Source of the DNA: a virus
Lineage: Duplodnaviria > Caudoviricetes
IMG/VR virus record: IMGVR_UViG_3300028797_000159
Span: 8,563-72,562 of that record
Strand: one strand, 5' to 3'
DNA: 64,000 nt
Positions 29,039 through 38,617 of the stretch are shown one piece after another (the first letter of the stretch is position 1; every line of letters begins with the position of its first letter). Both the position numbers and the translations under genes were made by a program. The notes under the pieces were generated by a model. The model had not been told where the DNA came from. It did not search any database and saw nothing but the letters and a program-made list of their open reading frames with translations.

Positions 29039-29128
29039 ACAATTTTATATAGAATTAAAGCATACTAATATTTTATTATTAGTATGCTTTTCTTTTTATA
29101 TATGAAATTCAATAACATGATGCGTAAA

Positions 29129-29260
29129 TTTGTATCGAAATTGTATCGAAGTTATTTCAAAAATCCCTGATACAAAAATGATACAAAAAATTTGTTTACA
29201 AATCAGGGGACCTGAGGTATAATATACTCACAAAATGAATGAGAATGGATCTTGTTCATT
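29129..29260 (+). promoter_or_regulatory. repeated promoter element copy 10
   Basis: same architecture. Confidence 0.85.
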
Positions 29261-29279
29261 GACCTATAGAGGTAATATT

Positions 29280-29681
29280 ATGGCAGATAAAAAAGAGCTT
29301 TGGATTGCAGTAGATTTTGATGGCACCCTCGTATTACCAAATTGGCCAACAATAGGAAGTGAAAATCCTTATGCTGTAAAAGTTGTTAAAAGATTTCGTC
29401 GTGATGGTTTTAAAATTATGTTACACACATGTAGACAGGGAAGCTGTTTAGAAGAAGCTGTATTATGGATGAAATCTCATAATATAAGCCCAGATGCCAT
29501 AAATGAGAATCCCTATGCTAGAAAATTATATGGGGCACCAGGCCCGAAAATTTTTGCAGACCTTTATATAGATGATCATAACGTCTTTATCAAAAGAACA
29601 CGTAATAATGCAGTAGATTGGAAATGGATTAATCGTAATTACAAAAAAATCGTATTACAAATACATAATACCATATGCTAA
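29280..29681 (+). CDS. HAD-family phosphatase
   Basis: IAVDFDGT, LHTCR, KIFADLYIDD. Confidence 0.85.
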   Translation: MADKKELWIAVDFDGTLVLPNWPTIGSENPYAVKVVKRFRRDGFKIMLHTCRQGSCLEEAVLWMKSHNISPDAINENPYARKLYGAPGPKIFADLYIDDHNVFIKRTRNNAVDWKWINRNYKKIVLQIHNTIC

Positions 29682-29745
29682 TATGTTAATCTACCTTCAA
29701 TATCAATATATGATAAATGCTATATTATATCATATTGGAGGTATT

Positions 29746-30633
29746 ATGAATAGAAATCAATATAAGCTAGCTTGTCTTAATAAAGTTGTAGGAATCCATA
29801 AATGGGAATACAAAGTAAAAAGATTACAAAGGTCATTAAAATATAATAATGATCCTAATGCAAATTGCATTCATCATTTACAAGATACTGAAGAGCAAAT
29901 AAAGTATAACGATGAACATTATGAGTATTTTGGTTTCAATGAAGATGGAACGTTTGAGTATGGAAAATACGTAATATTTGTAACTAAAGAGTGGCATGAT
30001 AATTATCATCGAAATTCTGCATTAACAAAACAACGTATAAGCGATGGATGTAAACAAGTATGGCAACGCGATGGTTATCGTGAATATATGAGTAAAATGC
30101 ATAGTGATTATTATAAGGATAATCCAGAAGCTATTGAAAATATGAAAGCTTTTTCAAAAGAATATTGGACAAACAAACGTAGGATTGAGGCTAGTGAACA
30201 AAGATCACAATATTATTTAGAGCATCCAGAAACCAAAGAACTTATTAGTCAAAATAGAAAAGGTAAATGCGTAGGTAAAGATCATCCATTTTATGGAAAA
30301 CATCATACTGATGAGACTAAAAATAAAATTAGTATTTCACAAAAAGCTAATATGACTGATGAGCATAGGAAGGTTATTAGTGAAGCTACTAAAGAAGCGA
30401 TGAAAGACCCTATTATAAGACAAAAAATTATAGATGCAAATACAGGTGAAAACAATCCTAATTATGGAAAACCACGAGATGATGAAACACGTTCAAAAAT
30501 AAGTCAATCTAAAAAATCTTATATGTTAAAATTAGGTGATCTATTTAGAGAATATAAAGCAAATGGTGGAACATTGAAATGGAATCAGTTTCAGACATAT
30601 GCTAAAGATAATCATTTGTTAGATGATAAATAG
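29746..30633 (+). CDS. HNH-like homing endonuclease with NUMOD3-type repeats
   Basis: N-terminal domain shared with 34620 and 57174 proteins; HPFYGKHHTDETKNKIS repeats. Confidence 0.8.
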   Translation: MNRNQYKLACLNKVVGIHKWEYKVKRLQRSLKYNNDPNANCIHHLQDTEEQIKYNDEHYEYFGFNEDGTFEYGKYVIFVTKEWHDNYHRNSALTKQRISDGCKQVWQRDGYREYMSKMHSDYYKDNPEAIENMKAFSKEYWTNKRRIEASEQRSQYYLEHPETKELISQNRKGKCVGKDHPFYGKHHTDETKNKISISQKANMTDEHRKVISEATKEAMKDPIIRQKIIDANTGENNPNYGKPRDDETRSKISQSKKSYMLKLGDLFREYKANGGTLKWNQFQTYAKDNHLLDDK

Positions 30634-30651
30634 TCTCTAATAAGAGGGAGA

Positions 30652-30770
30652 TTTGCATCGATAATAAATCAAAAATCCCTGATACAAATTGATGAATTTT
30701 TCTTGTTTACAAACGAGGTCACTTAGTATATAATATCCTCATAAAATGAATGGAAATGGATCCATTCATT
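30652..30770 (+). promoter_or_regulatory. repeated promoter element copy 11
   Basis: same architecture. Confidence 0.85.
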
Positions 30771-30790
30771 AGACTATTGGAGATTGAATT

Positions 30791-31123
30791 ATGAATCATA
30801 AATATATTGTTTATCCTGTTTATGGCAAAGGTAAAACTAGTGGATGTTTTCGCAACCAAACAATTATCGATAATGGAAAAGAGTTTAATGATGCAAAATC
30901 AATTTGGCTAGCAATAGCAAATAATGAGCTTAAATTTAAATCAAATGATATTCTAATAGTTGATTGGGCACATTATAAATTTAAAACTATTTATAATGGA
31001 TTTGAGTCTACGTGGCATAAATTTAAAGCTAGTGAATTTACACAAAATTATAGATGGATTACTCCATGTGAAGAATGGGAGATTGATTCAAAAGGTTATA
31101 TAGTTAGTGCAATTGCTGTTTAA
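30791..31123 (+). CDS. hypothetical protein, paralog of 32912..33235
   Basis: VYP.YGK...W..FK...PCE.WEI.SKGYI shared. Confidence 0.75.
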   Translation: MNHKYIVYPVYGKGKTSGCFRNQTIIDNGKEFNDAKSIWLAIANNELKFKSNDILIVDWAHYKFKTIYNGFESTWHKFKASEFTQNYRWITPCEEWEIDSKGYIVSAIAV

Positions 31124-31156
31124 ATTAGTATAATAAATATATTAAGGAATACTAAT

Positions 31157-31372
31157 ATGTACACGTTATCATTATATGTTCCAGGCAGTAAAGCTTCTAT
31201 TAATAAATGGTTGTATTCATCTTTAGAAAAGGCGCTAGAATTAACTTCATATTGGGAACAACACAAAAATGCAAGTGAATTTGATTGGTCAATTTCGTTT
31301 AACGGCGAAGTTATTTACGAGATGATTCATAATCCTGTTCAATTACCAGAAGACTTATTTAATGGAGACTAA
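31157..31372 (+). CDS. hypothetical protein
   Basis: AAGGA RBS. Confidence 0.7.
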   Translation: MYTLSLYVPGSKASINKWLYSSLEKALELTSYWEQHKNASEFDWSISFNGEVIYEMIHNPVQLPEDLFNGD

Positions 31373-31373
31373 T

Positions 31374-31787
31374 ATGAATAAACAAGATATTGCTGAGAAA
31401 TTAGAACAATCTATTCTTGAACGTGTTCATAATATAATGGTAAATACTCCAAGTAAATTAACAATTAAAAATAAAAATGATTTTGTAGATATTTGTGAAA
31501 AAATAGATAAAATTACAACTGATGCATTTACAGAAGCTGAGAATTTAGGTTGTAGAGACTTCTTTTCTGGTTGGAGACGTATACTTACACCTTGGTGGAA
31601 AAATGGATATGATGTTTGGGAATATGCTTATGGTGGAGGATTTACTTGGGATCAGTTTTTAGATTATATTATAGAAAACAATTGTAATACAATTAATCTT
31701 AAAATTGATAATAGAATTCCAACTATTTTCTTTGCTAATAAAGAAAATAAAAATCAGTTTTGTATTGAATTAGGTACTGAGGATTAA
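31374..31787 (+). CDS. hypothetical protein
   Basis: GGAG RBS. Confidence 0.7.
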   Translation: MNKQDIAEKLEQSILERVHNIMVNTPSKLTIKNKNDFVDICEKIDKITTDAFTEAENLGCRDFFSGWRRILTPWWKNGYDVWEYAYGGGFTWDQFLDYIIENNCNTINLKIDNRIPTIFFANKENKNQFCIELGTED

Positions 31788-31851
31788 ATAAAAATAAACA
31801 TTATATTCTAGGCTTATTATAAATAATAGCCTAGAATATATGACCCGTAAA

Positions 31852-31990
31852 TTGTATCAAAATTCATCAAGCTTGCATCGAAATTACATCAAAAATCCCT
31901 GATACAAAATGATACAGAAATTTTGTTTACAAGACTCTGAATTTGGGGTATAATATGTCCATAAATTGAGTGAGAATGGACTCATTCAAT
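31852..31990 (+). promoter_or_regulatory. repeated promoter element copy 12
   Basis: same architecture. Confidence 0.85.
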
Positions 31991-32009
31991 AGAATACTTG
32001 GAGGTTATT

Positions 32010-32240
32010 ATGTGGCAAGTTGAGATTGAAGAGTATAATCGTATGACACAGGATTCTTTCCCTGCAGAACGTGAATATTTTAGAGACTTCTATGAGGCAC
32101 TTAGATTTATTGAAGATATAAAAGCTTCTAATTGTAATTGTTCAATTTGGCTCACAGAATTGATTGAAGATCCTGAGAATCCTAGTGATTATATGGACAC
32201 CGATAATGTCACTTGTTATCAAGAAATCGATTTTGACTAA
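32010..32240 (+). CDS. hypothetical protein, paralog of 59834..60070
   Basis: MWQ.EIEEYNRM.QDSFPAEREYF shared. Confidence 0.8.
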   Translation: MWQVEIEEYNRMTQDSFPAEREYFRDFYEALRFIEDIKASNCNCSIWLTELIEDPENPSDYMDTDNVTCYQEIDFD

Positions 32241-32262
32241 TAAATAAATTGGAGGCTATGAT

Positions 32263-32505
32263 ATGAATAAATATAAACTCACTGCTGTATTTATTAACAA
32301 AGACGCTGCTCATCCTACTTGGCCATATAATAGCCATTATCATCGTGAATATTATAAAACTCTGAAAGAAGCAAAAGATAGGTTTGAGTCTTTTAAATCT
32401 TGCAAAGATACTATGCTATTTATAAATAGAGAGTCTGACGGTGAATGTTTAAAATCTGGTATGTCAGATAATGTAATTACCAATGGAAAATTTTCTTTTG
32501 AATAA
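32263..32505 (+). CDS. hypothetical protein, close paralog of 61164..61406
   Basis: near-identical 80 aa proteins. Confidence 0.8.
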   Translation: MNKYKLTAVFINKDAAHPTWPYNSHYHREYYKTLKEAKDRFESFKSCKDTMLFINRESDGECLKSGMSDNVITNGKFSFE

Positions 32506-32527
32506 TTGAATATATTTACACATCATA

Positions 32528-32647
32528 TTTGTATCAGAAATAAATCGGAAATCCCTGATACAAATATGATACAAAAAAGTTGTTTACAAGCAAAGTATTT
32601 TGCAGTATAATATGTTCATAAATTGAATGAGAATGGACTCGTTCAAT
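32528..32647 (+). promoter_or_regulatory. repeated promoter element copy 13
   Basis: same architecture. Confidence 0.85.
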
Positions 32648-32664
32648 AATCAAAGGAGTTTATT

Positions 32665-32895
32665 ATGAAAACAGAGTTTATACTTCATGTTGAACATCGT
32701 TCAGGCACCAAAGGCTTTATTAATATCTTTGACAATCTTAGTGATGCTGAGTTTGCAGTTAAACAACTTGAAGATTTAAACACATCACTTTCATATTCAG
32801 GTAAATTCTATGGCTTTGTTACTAAGTGGCAAGGTTATTCACTTGATGATGGAAGTAAAGTTACTGTTGATGAAATTCCTGTCCTTACTTTTTAA
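32665..32895 (+). CDS. hypothetical protein
   Basis: AAGGAG RBS. Confidence 0.75.
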   Translation: MKTEFILHVEHRSGTKGFINIFDNLSDAEFAVKQLEDLNTSLSYSGKFYGFVTKWQGYSLDDGSKVTVDEIPVLTF

Positions 32896-32911
32896 ATTAT
32901 AGGGGCTTAAT

Positions 32912-33235
32912 ATGGCTACATATAACGTTTATCCTCTTTATGGTAAAGATAATAGTTGGCAACATGTTATTGGCATGTCAAATCAATATATTTTAGGTAT
33001 TTCTAAAACTGTAGATAATATTCGTGACTGTAGACACTCAATTTGTGAATCTGAATCAAATAACGTAATTATTAATTGGAAATCATATAAGTATAAAATC
33101 ATTATTCGTGGTCATGAGAGTACATGGATAAAATTTAAAAGTGGTGACTTTTATAAGCTATTTAGATTTACTTCGCCATGTGAAGATTGGGAAATAAGAA
33201 GTAAAGGCTATATAGAAAATGCAATTCAATTATAA
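32912..33235 (+). CDS. hypothetical protein, paralog of 30791..31123
   Basis: shared motifs. Confidence 0.75.
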   Translation: MATYNVYPLYGKDNSWQHVIGMSNQYILGISKTVDNIRDCRHSICESESNNVIINWKSYKYKIIIRGHESTWIKFKSGDFYKLFRFTSPCEDWEIRSKGYIENAIQL

Positions 33236-33318
33236 TATTTAAGTATTATATGTATATACTATATGTATATACATATAATACATTATTTAAATTATAATAT
33301 ATAGGAGTTTAATATAAT

Positions 33319-34572
33319 ATGTCCATTGAATGCCCACGTAGAATTGATTATCTTGCAGCACGTTGTAATCAACTTGGTATTAATGTTGTACAAGCTGGTA
33401 ATAAATTAATGAAAGATGATTATGTAAAAGCTTTACGTAATTATTTTTTAATAGAACAATATGGGTCAATTGATAATATTCCGTGGGCACTTAAGTTTAT
33501 GTTGTCTATTGAATGCCCACAATTGTGCAGGCGCATTAAAGACCTTAAACCTGATAAACAAAAATTGTTGTGGGAATCACCTGATTGGATTGCTGAAGAG
33601 AAAGTGGATGGGGTCCGCATGTTGATCTTATATGATTCTTCTGAAAAGAAGTTTCATTTTTATAGTAGAAACAACTCAGTGACTGATTATCTTCCACAAG
33701 ATTATAGTGATACAATTCTTGTTTCTATAAAAGATAATTTTTATTATCCAGAAAACTTTGTTCTTGATTGTGAAATTATTAGCACTAATCCAGAGACTGA
33801 GACTAACACGCAGTGCTTAACACAATTACAATCTACAGCTGCGTTATTGAATTTAAATGCTGAAGATTCTAAACAAATTCAAAAAGATAATCCACTTAAG
33901 TTTATAGTCTTTGACTGTCTATATGATAGTAAAAATCTTATAGACGAAACATGGAATATTCGTCATAGACATGCTGACAAGCTTGCTTTTATATTGAAGG
34001 AAAATGGATTTTTATGTGAGTTAAATAAGGTTGTAGAAAATACAGCAGATAATCCTTATGCAAAACGTGAATATTTTGAGAAGCTAGTCGCAGATAATAA
34101 AGAAGGTGTAGTGCTTAAAAATCGAAATGCGAAATATCATGCTTGCTCATCACGAACAATAGATTGTGTTAAAGTTAAACGTTCAACTGATGATACACTT
34201 ACGCGTGATCTTGACGCCTTTATTACAGATTATGTTGTTGGGAATGATGATACAAAAAATGAGAATCTTGTTGTAGGATTTGTATTTTCTATTATGATGG
34301 AAAAAGATGATGGAAGTACAGTAACTCATCCAATTGCAGTTTGTTCAAATGTCTCTGACTTTATTAAAGAAGATGCAACTGTTATTGATGCTGATGGTAA
34401 TGTGACATTGAATAAGAAATATTATGGTAGAGTTGCTACATTACAAGGACAAAATATATCAGCACGACAACTTCGACTAACACATTCAATTATTAAGAAT
34501 TGGCGTCCTGATCGTTCCCCTGAAACAACGGAAATTGTCAAAGAATCTGTGCTTAAAGCTTTAGTGTTCTAA
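33319..34572 (+). CDS. lig: ATP-dependent DNA ligase
   Basis: EEKVDGVR motif I, LDCEI, FIVFD, EGVVLK, KVK. Confidence 0.9.
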   Translation: MSIECPRRIDYLAARCNQLGINVVQAGNKLMKDDYVKALRNYFLIEQYGSIDNIPWALKFMLSIECPQLCRRIKDLKPDKQKLLWESPDWIAEEKVDGVRMLILYDSSEKKFHFYSRNNSVTDYLPQDYSDTILVSIKDNFYYPENFVLDCEIISTNPETETNTQCLTQLQSTAALLNLNAEDSKQIQKDNPLKFIVFDCLYDSKNLIDETWNIRHRHADKLAFILKENGFLCELNKVVENTADNPYAKREYFEKLVADNKEGVVLKNRNAKYHACSSRTIDCVKVKRSTDDTLTRDLDAFITDYVVGNDDTKNENLVVGFVFSIMMEKDDGSTVTHPIAVCSNVSDFIKEDATVIDADGNVTLNKKYYGRVATLQGQNISARQLRLTHSIIKNWRPDRSPETTEIVKESVLKALVF

Positions 34573-34580
34573 AAATAAAA

Positions 34581-34612
34581 CCTACCATAATATTAGCTAA
34601 TATTATGGTAGG
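34581..34612. terminator. bidirectional terminator between ligase and convergent endonuclease
   Basis: CCTACCATAATATTAG/CTAATATTATGGTAGG inverted repeat. Confidence 0.8.
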
Positions 34613-34619
34613 TACTATT

Positions 34620-35570
34620 TTATATAGTATATAGTGATAAAGGCATAATAGCGAATGTTATATCACCTGATTTAATTGCTTTTCTAAATAGCGACTTACT
34701 TAATTTACCACCACTAGATGCATATATTTCATACAGAAATTTATACGCATTATTTGTTTTTCTTTGGCCTTCTATTATCTTTCTTTTTCTTTCTTCAGAG
34801 CATGGTTTACCATACATTGGGTTTTTCTCACCCTTTGCATTTTCACTTCTTTTCTTTCTTAATTCTTCTGAGGCAGGATGTTCTTTGAAATATGTCTTCC
34901 ATCTCTCACTTTCAGCCGACCTCATTTCATCAGTCCATCTACTTTTATTAGTTTCTATATTTTTAGCTCTATACTCTGGATCAAGCCATTTAGCTTTAGA
35001 TGCTTCACTCATTTTTTGCTTTGATTCTTCTGTATGATGTTTTCCTTTAAATGCACTTTCTTTCCCATACATTGGGTGAAGTTCACCACATCTACCATAG
35101 CATGGAGCTAATTCACTCTTTCTACCATACATAGGATTGTTTTCACCACTGTTTGCTTCACTTAATAAATTTTTAGTTTCAGCTGTATGATGCTTGCCGT
35201 ACATGCCGTTCTTTTCGCCAGTTAATCTTACATCATACATAGGATTGTTTTCACCATGTCTATCTGGCATACTGTCTCTAATTCTTTGTTTAGTTATTTC
35301 AGATAAAGCATGTATTTGGCTATGTTCTTCTTTTGTTACAAAGACCATATATTTTCCATATTCAAAAGTACCATCTAAATTATGACCCCACATCTCATAA
35401 TGATTTGTATTATATTCAATTTGTTCTTGAGTGTCCATTAAATGATGTCGAACAGTGGCATTTGGGTTTGGATTATATTTTAATGATTTTTGAATCTTCC
35501 TAGATTTTAAATCATATTCACGAACATTAGCACCAGAATGAACGGCTTTCCAATATTCTTTCATATTCAT
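34620..35570 (-). CDS. HNH-like homing endonuclease with NUMOD3-type repeats
   Basis: KSLKYNPNPNATVRHHL..YGKY..VTKEEH; repeated GENNPMYG. Confidence 0.85.
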   Translation of the reverse strand: MNMKEYWKAVHSGANVREYDLKSRKIQKSLKYNPNPNATVRHHLMDTQEQIEYNTNHYEMWGHNLDGTFEYGKYMVFVTKEEHSQIHALSEITKQRIRDSMPDRHGENNPMYDVRLTGEKNGMYGKHHTAETKNLLSEANSGENNPMYGRKSELAPCYGRCGELHPMYGKESAFKGKHHTEESKQKMSEASKAKWLDPEYRAKNIETNKSRWTDEMRSAESERWKTYFKEHPASEELRKKRSENAKGEKNPMYGKPCSEERKRKIIEGQRKTNNAYKFLYEIYASSGGKLSKSLFRKAIKSGDITFAIMPLSLYTI

Positions 35571-35622
35571 ATATACCTCGCATACAACAATAGTTTTAAC
35601 AGTTTTATTATTTGATATAAAG

Positions 35623-35685
35623 TATAAAGGTGCTGATGGTTGTGAAAAAATTAAAGAATCAGAATTGAGGTCATTAATATTTTAA
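35623..35685 (+). pseudogene. displaced 3' end of a second DNA ligase allele
   Basis: YKGADGCEKIKESELRSLIF* aligns gap-free with ligase end DRSPETTEIVKESVLKALVF*. Confidence 0.7.
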
Positions 35686-35787
35686 TAATTTATGTTTATA
35701 GGTAATATCAAAATATTATATTTGCAATAATTTACAAGTCATAATAATATTGAATTACTTATAAACATATAAAATAGGTGAATAACA

Positions 35788-36567
35788 ATGGCACTAAATA
35801 TTAAAAATGGATTAGTCCAAATTAATGAAACTTCTGAAGAACGTATTATTAATGTCCATCTTAAAAATGGATTTGCAATGTTAACTGCATTTAGAAGTGA
35901 GTTTTCATTTTCTGAAAATAGATCTAGAAATAGACAGCTAGCAAATGATTTAAAAAATTTAGGTTATAGCTATATAAAAATAACTGGCGGTTATATTGAA
36001 ACAATTACACCTGATAATCCAAATTGGGATGATGCTGATATCATATATGGTAGGGATGATATTAGACAACTTCCTATTATGGAAGAATCATTTTTAGTTA
36101 CCATGTTTAATTATAAAACAGGTGAATCTACTGATTTTAAATCATTTAGAAATGATATGATTAAACTTGGTATTAAGTATGAACAGGATTCAATACTTAT
36201 TGCACCGCCAAAAGATACAGGTAAACCTGCATATATTATTACCAATAGTAGATCAGGCGATGTTGGAAGCATTGATTGTGAATTTAGTAATTTGTCTGTA
36301 GCAAATGTAGCTAATACATATTTTTCAATGAAAGAAAAGACGATAAATAAAGCTCGAGCAAAACGTCGAGAAGGTGTAGGTGGTATTAAATTTGAATCAG
36401 CATGGCTAGATGAGCCAGCGCATACTGTCTCAGGCGTTAGAATTCGTGATAATAGAAATGAGATACCACCATTTGGTAGTCATTACTATAATATGAGCAA
36501 TCTCAATAAAGATTCTATGCTAGAAGCACGAATTCGTAAACTTGAAAAGATGCTTAATATTAAATAA
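35788..36567 (+). CDS. conserved phage protein with C-terminal LEARIRKLEK motif
   Basis: LTAFR..N..RN..L..L...GY..I.GGY.E..EESF.V..YEQDSIL pattern recalled from large phages. Confidence 0.75.
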   Translation: MALNIKNGLVQINETSEERIINVHLKNGFAMLTAFRSEFSFSENRSRNRQLANDLKNLGYSYIKITGGYIETITPDNPNWDDADIIYGRDDIRQLPIMEESFLVTMFNYKTGESTDFKSFRNDMIKLGIKYEQDSILIAPPKDTGKPAYIITNSRSGDVGSIDCEFSNLSVANVANTYFSMKEKTINKARAKRREGVGGIKFESAWLDEPAHTVSGVRIRDNRNEIPPFGSHYYNMSNLNKDSMLEARIRKLEKMLNIK

Positions 36568-36600
36568 ATTAGTTTGAAACCTGTTGATTAGGGATTATAT

Positions 36601-38274
36601 ATGAAAAAGCCACGGTTACTGCTAATAATGTTGTTGTTTTTAAGCTGTGTGATTAATATAGCTTGTTCAGATGAAATTTCATCTCAAAAAGATGATATAG
36701 TATTACCTACAGCACTGACTATGAATACACACGCTATGATCAATGGCACAAAGGATAGAACAGAGGCACACAAAGCTGTTGTTAGTTTATATCTGAGTGG
36801 TGCTCGTGGCTATGCTGATCAAAGCATCTGCACAGGTACATTAATACATCCACAGTGGGTTATTACAGCTGCACATTGTGTAACTGAAGATGGCTATAAT
36901 GGACCAGTTGTAAGTTCTTTAAAGCCATATATTAAAATAGGCGTAGGAAATACGGAAGCTCAAATTGCAAAAAATTTACATGATATTGCAATAATATATT
37001 TCCATGAGAATTATGGTGATGTTAACATTAATAGTAAATATGGCACAATTCGCGATGATATTGCACTAATTAAACTGAGAACACCAATTTCAGAAAATGT
37101 TGTAAAACCTATACTTCCACTTCCAAGTTGGTTAGGTATTAATCGTGCAGCTATCCGAAATGGCGTAAATATGGAATTCGTCGGATTCGGTTATGATGAA
37201 AAAGGCAACGCAGGCACAAAAATAAGTTTTACTGCGCCAATCACATCTTATTGTGGTACCGCTGATGGTGATGCTGCAAAAGGCTGTGAATATGGATCTG
37301 TTCTTGTTAATGGTTGTCATCCAGACAAGGATATGTGCAACAGCTGGTCATATTACAGATATTGCACAAATGGCTATTTCTGCCTGAGTAATTATACTGA
37401 ATATGTTTGGCTTTCACATGGTAGTATTTATTATGAACAAGATGATGGTGGTCCATGTCAAGGTGATTCAGGTGGACCGGCATTTTATACATACGGTGGT
37501 GTAGAATATGTTGCAGGCTTAACAAGCTATGGTGATCCTGCATGCGCGAAAACTGGTATTTCAACAGCTGTTCAGGATTATACAGATTGGATTTTGAGTA
37601 AGGTACCAGAAGTTGCATTTGGTTATGTAGAAGTATGCGATAATGGTATTGATGATAATAATAATGGTCTTGCTGATTGTGCTGACTTTGCTTGTGCTTC
37701 CAAACCTAACTGTGGTGCAGTTAATCCTGATCCTGTAATTCCAGATGAACCTATCATTCCTGATAATATAGATGATCCTATAATTCCTGATGAACCTATC
37801 ATTCCTGATGAATCAATCGACACAGACCCTGTAATTCCAGAAATATCACCAATGTATGTTGAAGATTTTTCTGGCATCAGCAACGGTTGGCCCAATACGT
37901 GGTACACGACGAACTCATTTGAAAGCCTCAGCACCGGTGTGAAATGGTCATACTATGGCCGTACCGACCTCGATAATTATGCAATTGATGGTGAAGGTTT
38001 GATGATCAAGGGTAGCGGCTATATTTTTGGAACTGTAAGCGGTGGTATTAGTTCAGTCTCAGTTGATGTTAAGAAAGCTTTTACAAGTAAGAAAAAACGT
38101 GAAGTTGCATTATATGTTAATGGTATTATTTGTGCAACAGCTAATATTGATTCCTCGGATGTCGTTAAGCTTTCATGCGATGATATCAACCGTCCAGGAG
38201 ATGTGAAGATTATGGTCGATGAAATTGGTCAACAAGTTGTCATTGATAACCTGACTTGGACATCATTCAAATAA
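36601..38274 (+). CDS. trypsin-like (S1) serine protease, probable lipoprotein
   Basis: lipobox-like NIAC; ITAAHC, DDIAL, CQGDSGGP; CDNGIDDNNNGLADC repeat; Pro/Asp linker. Confidence 0.9.
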   Translation: MKKPRLLLIMLLFLSCVINIACSDEISSQKDDIVLPTALTMNTHAMINGTKDRTEAHKAVVSLYLSGARGYADQSICTGTLIHPQWVITAAHCVTEDGYNGPVVSSLKPYIKIGVGNTEAQIAKNLHDIAIIYFHENYGDVNINSKYGTIRDDIALIKLRTPISENVVKPILPLPSWLGINRAAIRNGVNMEFVGFGYDEKGNAGTKISFTAPITSYCGTADGDAAKGCEYGSVLVNGCHPDKDMCNSWSYYRYCTNGYFCLSNYTEYVWLSHGSIYYEQDDGGPCQGDSGGPAFYTYGGVEYVAGLTSYGDPACAKTGISTAVQDYTDWILSKVPEVAFGYVEVCDNGIDDNNNGLADCADFACASKPNCGAVNPDPVIPDEPIIPDNIDDPIIPDEPIIPDESIDTDPVIPEISPMYVEDFSGISNGWPNTWYTTNSFESLSTGVKWSYYGRTDLDNYAIDGEGLMIKGSGYIFGTVSGGISSVSVDVKKAFTSKKKREVALYVNGIICATANIDSSDVVKLSCDDINRPGDVKIMVDEIGQQVVIDNLTWTSFK

Positions 38275-38336
38275 TATATTATAATTAATATTATTAATCC
38301 CTAATATAGTATTTATTCTATATTAGGGATTTTTAT

Positions 38337-38457
38337 TTTGTATCAAGCAATAAATCGAAAATCCCTGATACAAAAATGATACAAAAAATTTGTTTACAAA
38401 CAAATTACTTTGCAGTATAATATGCCTACAAAATGAATGAGAATGGACTCATTCAAT
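38337..38457 (+). promoter_or_regulatory. repeated promoter element copy 14
   Basis: closest to consensus. Confidence 0.85.
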
Positions 38458-38479
38458 ATTGCAAATAAGGAACATACAA

Positions 38480-38596
38480 ATGTTGACAATGCTTGAATTG
38501 ACTATTATTGCTATTGCTTTCTTTGCATTTTATGGTTTAATTGGTAAATGGATTAAACTGACTGAAGAAAATATTTATAAAGTAAATCATATTTAA
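38480..38596 (+). CDS. small single-TM peptide (38 aa)
   Basis: AAGGA RBS; first ORF after promoter. Confidence 0.65.
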   Translation: MLTMLELTIIAIAFFAFYGLIGKWIKLTEENIYKVNHI

Positions 38597-38617
38597 TATT
38601 TTAAATATAGGTGTTTT

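Noticed and set aside
30634-30651. displaced gene fragment after the 29746 endonuclease
   Set aside because: only a few bases precede the next promoter, and no similarity to the HAD gene end is visible
37132-37934. three minus-strand ORFs
   Set aside because: antisense shadows of the protease gene
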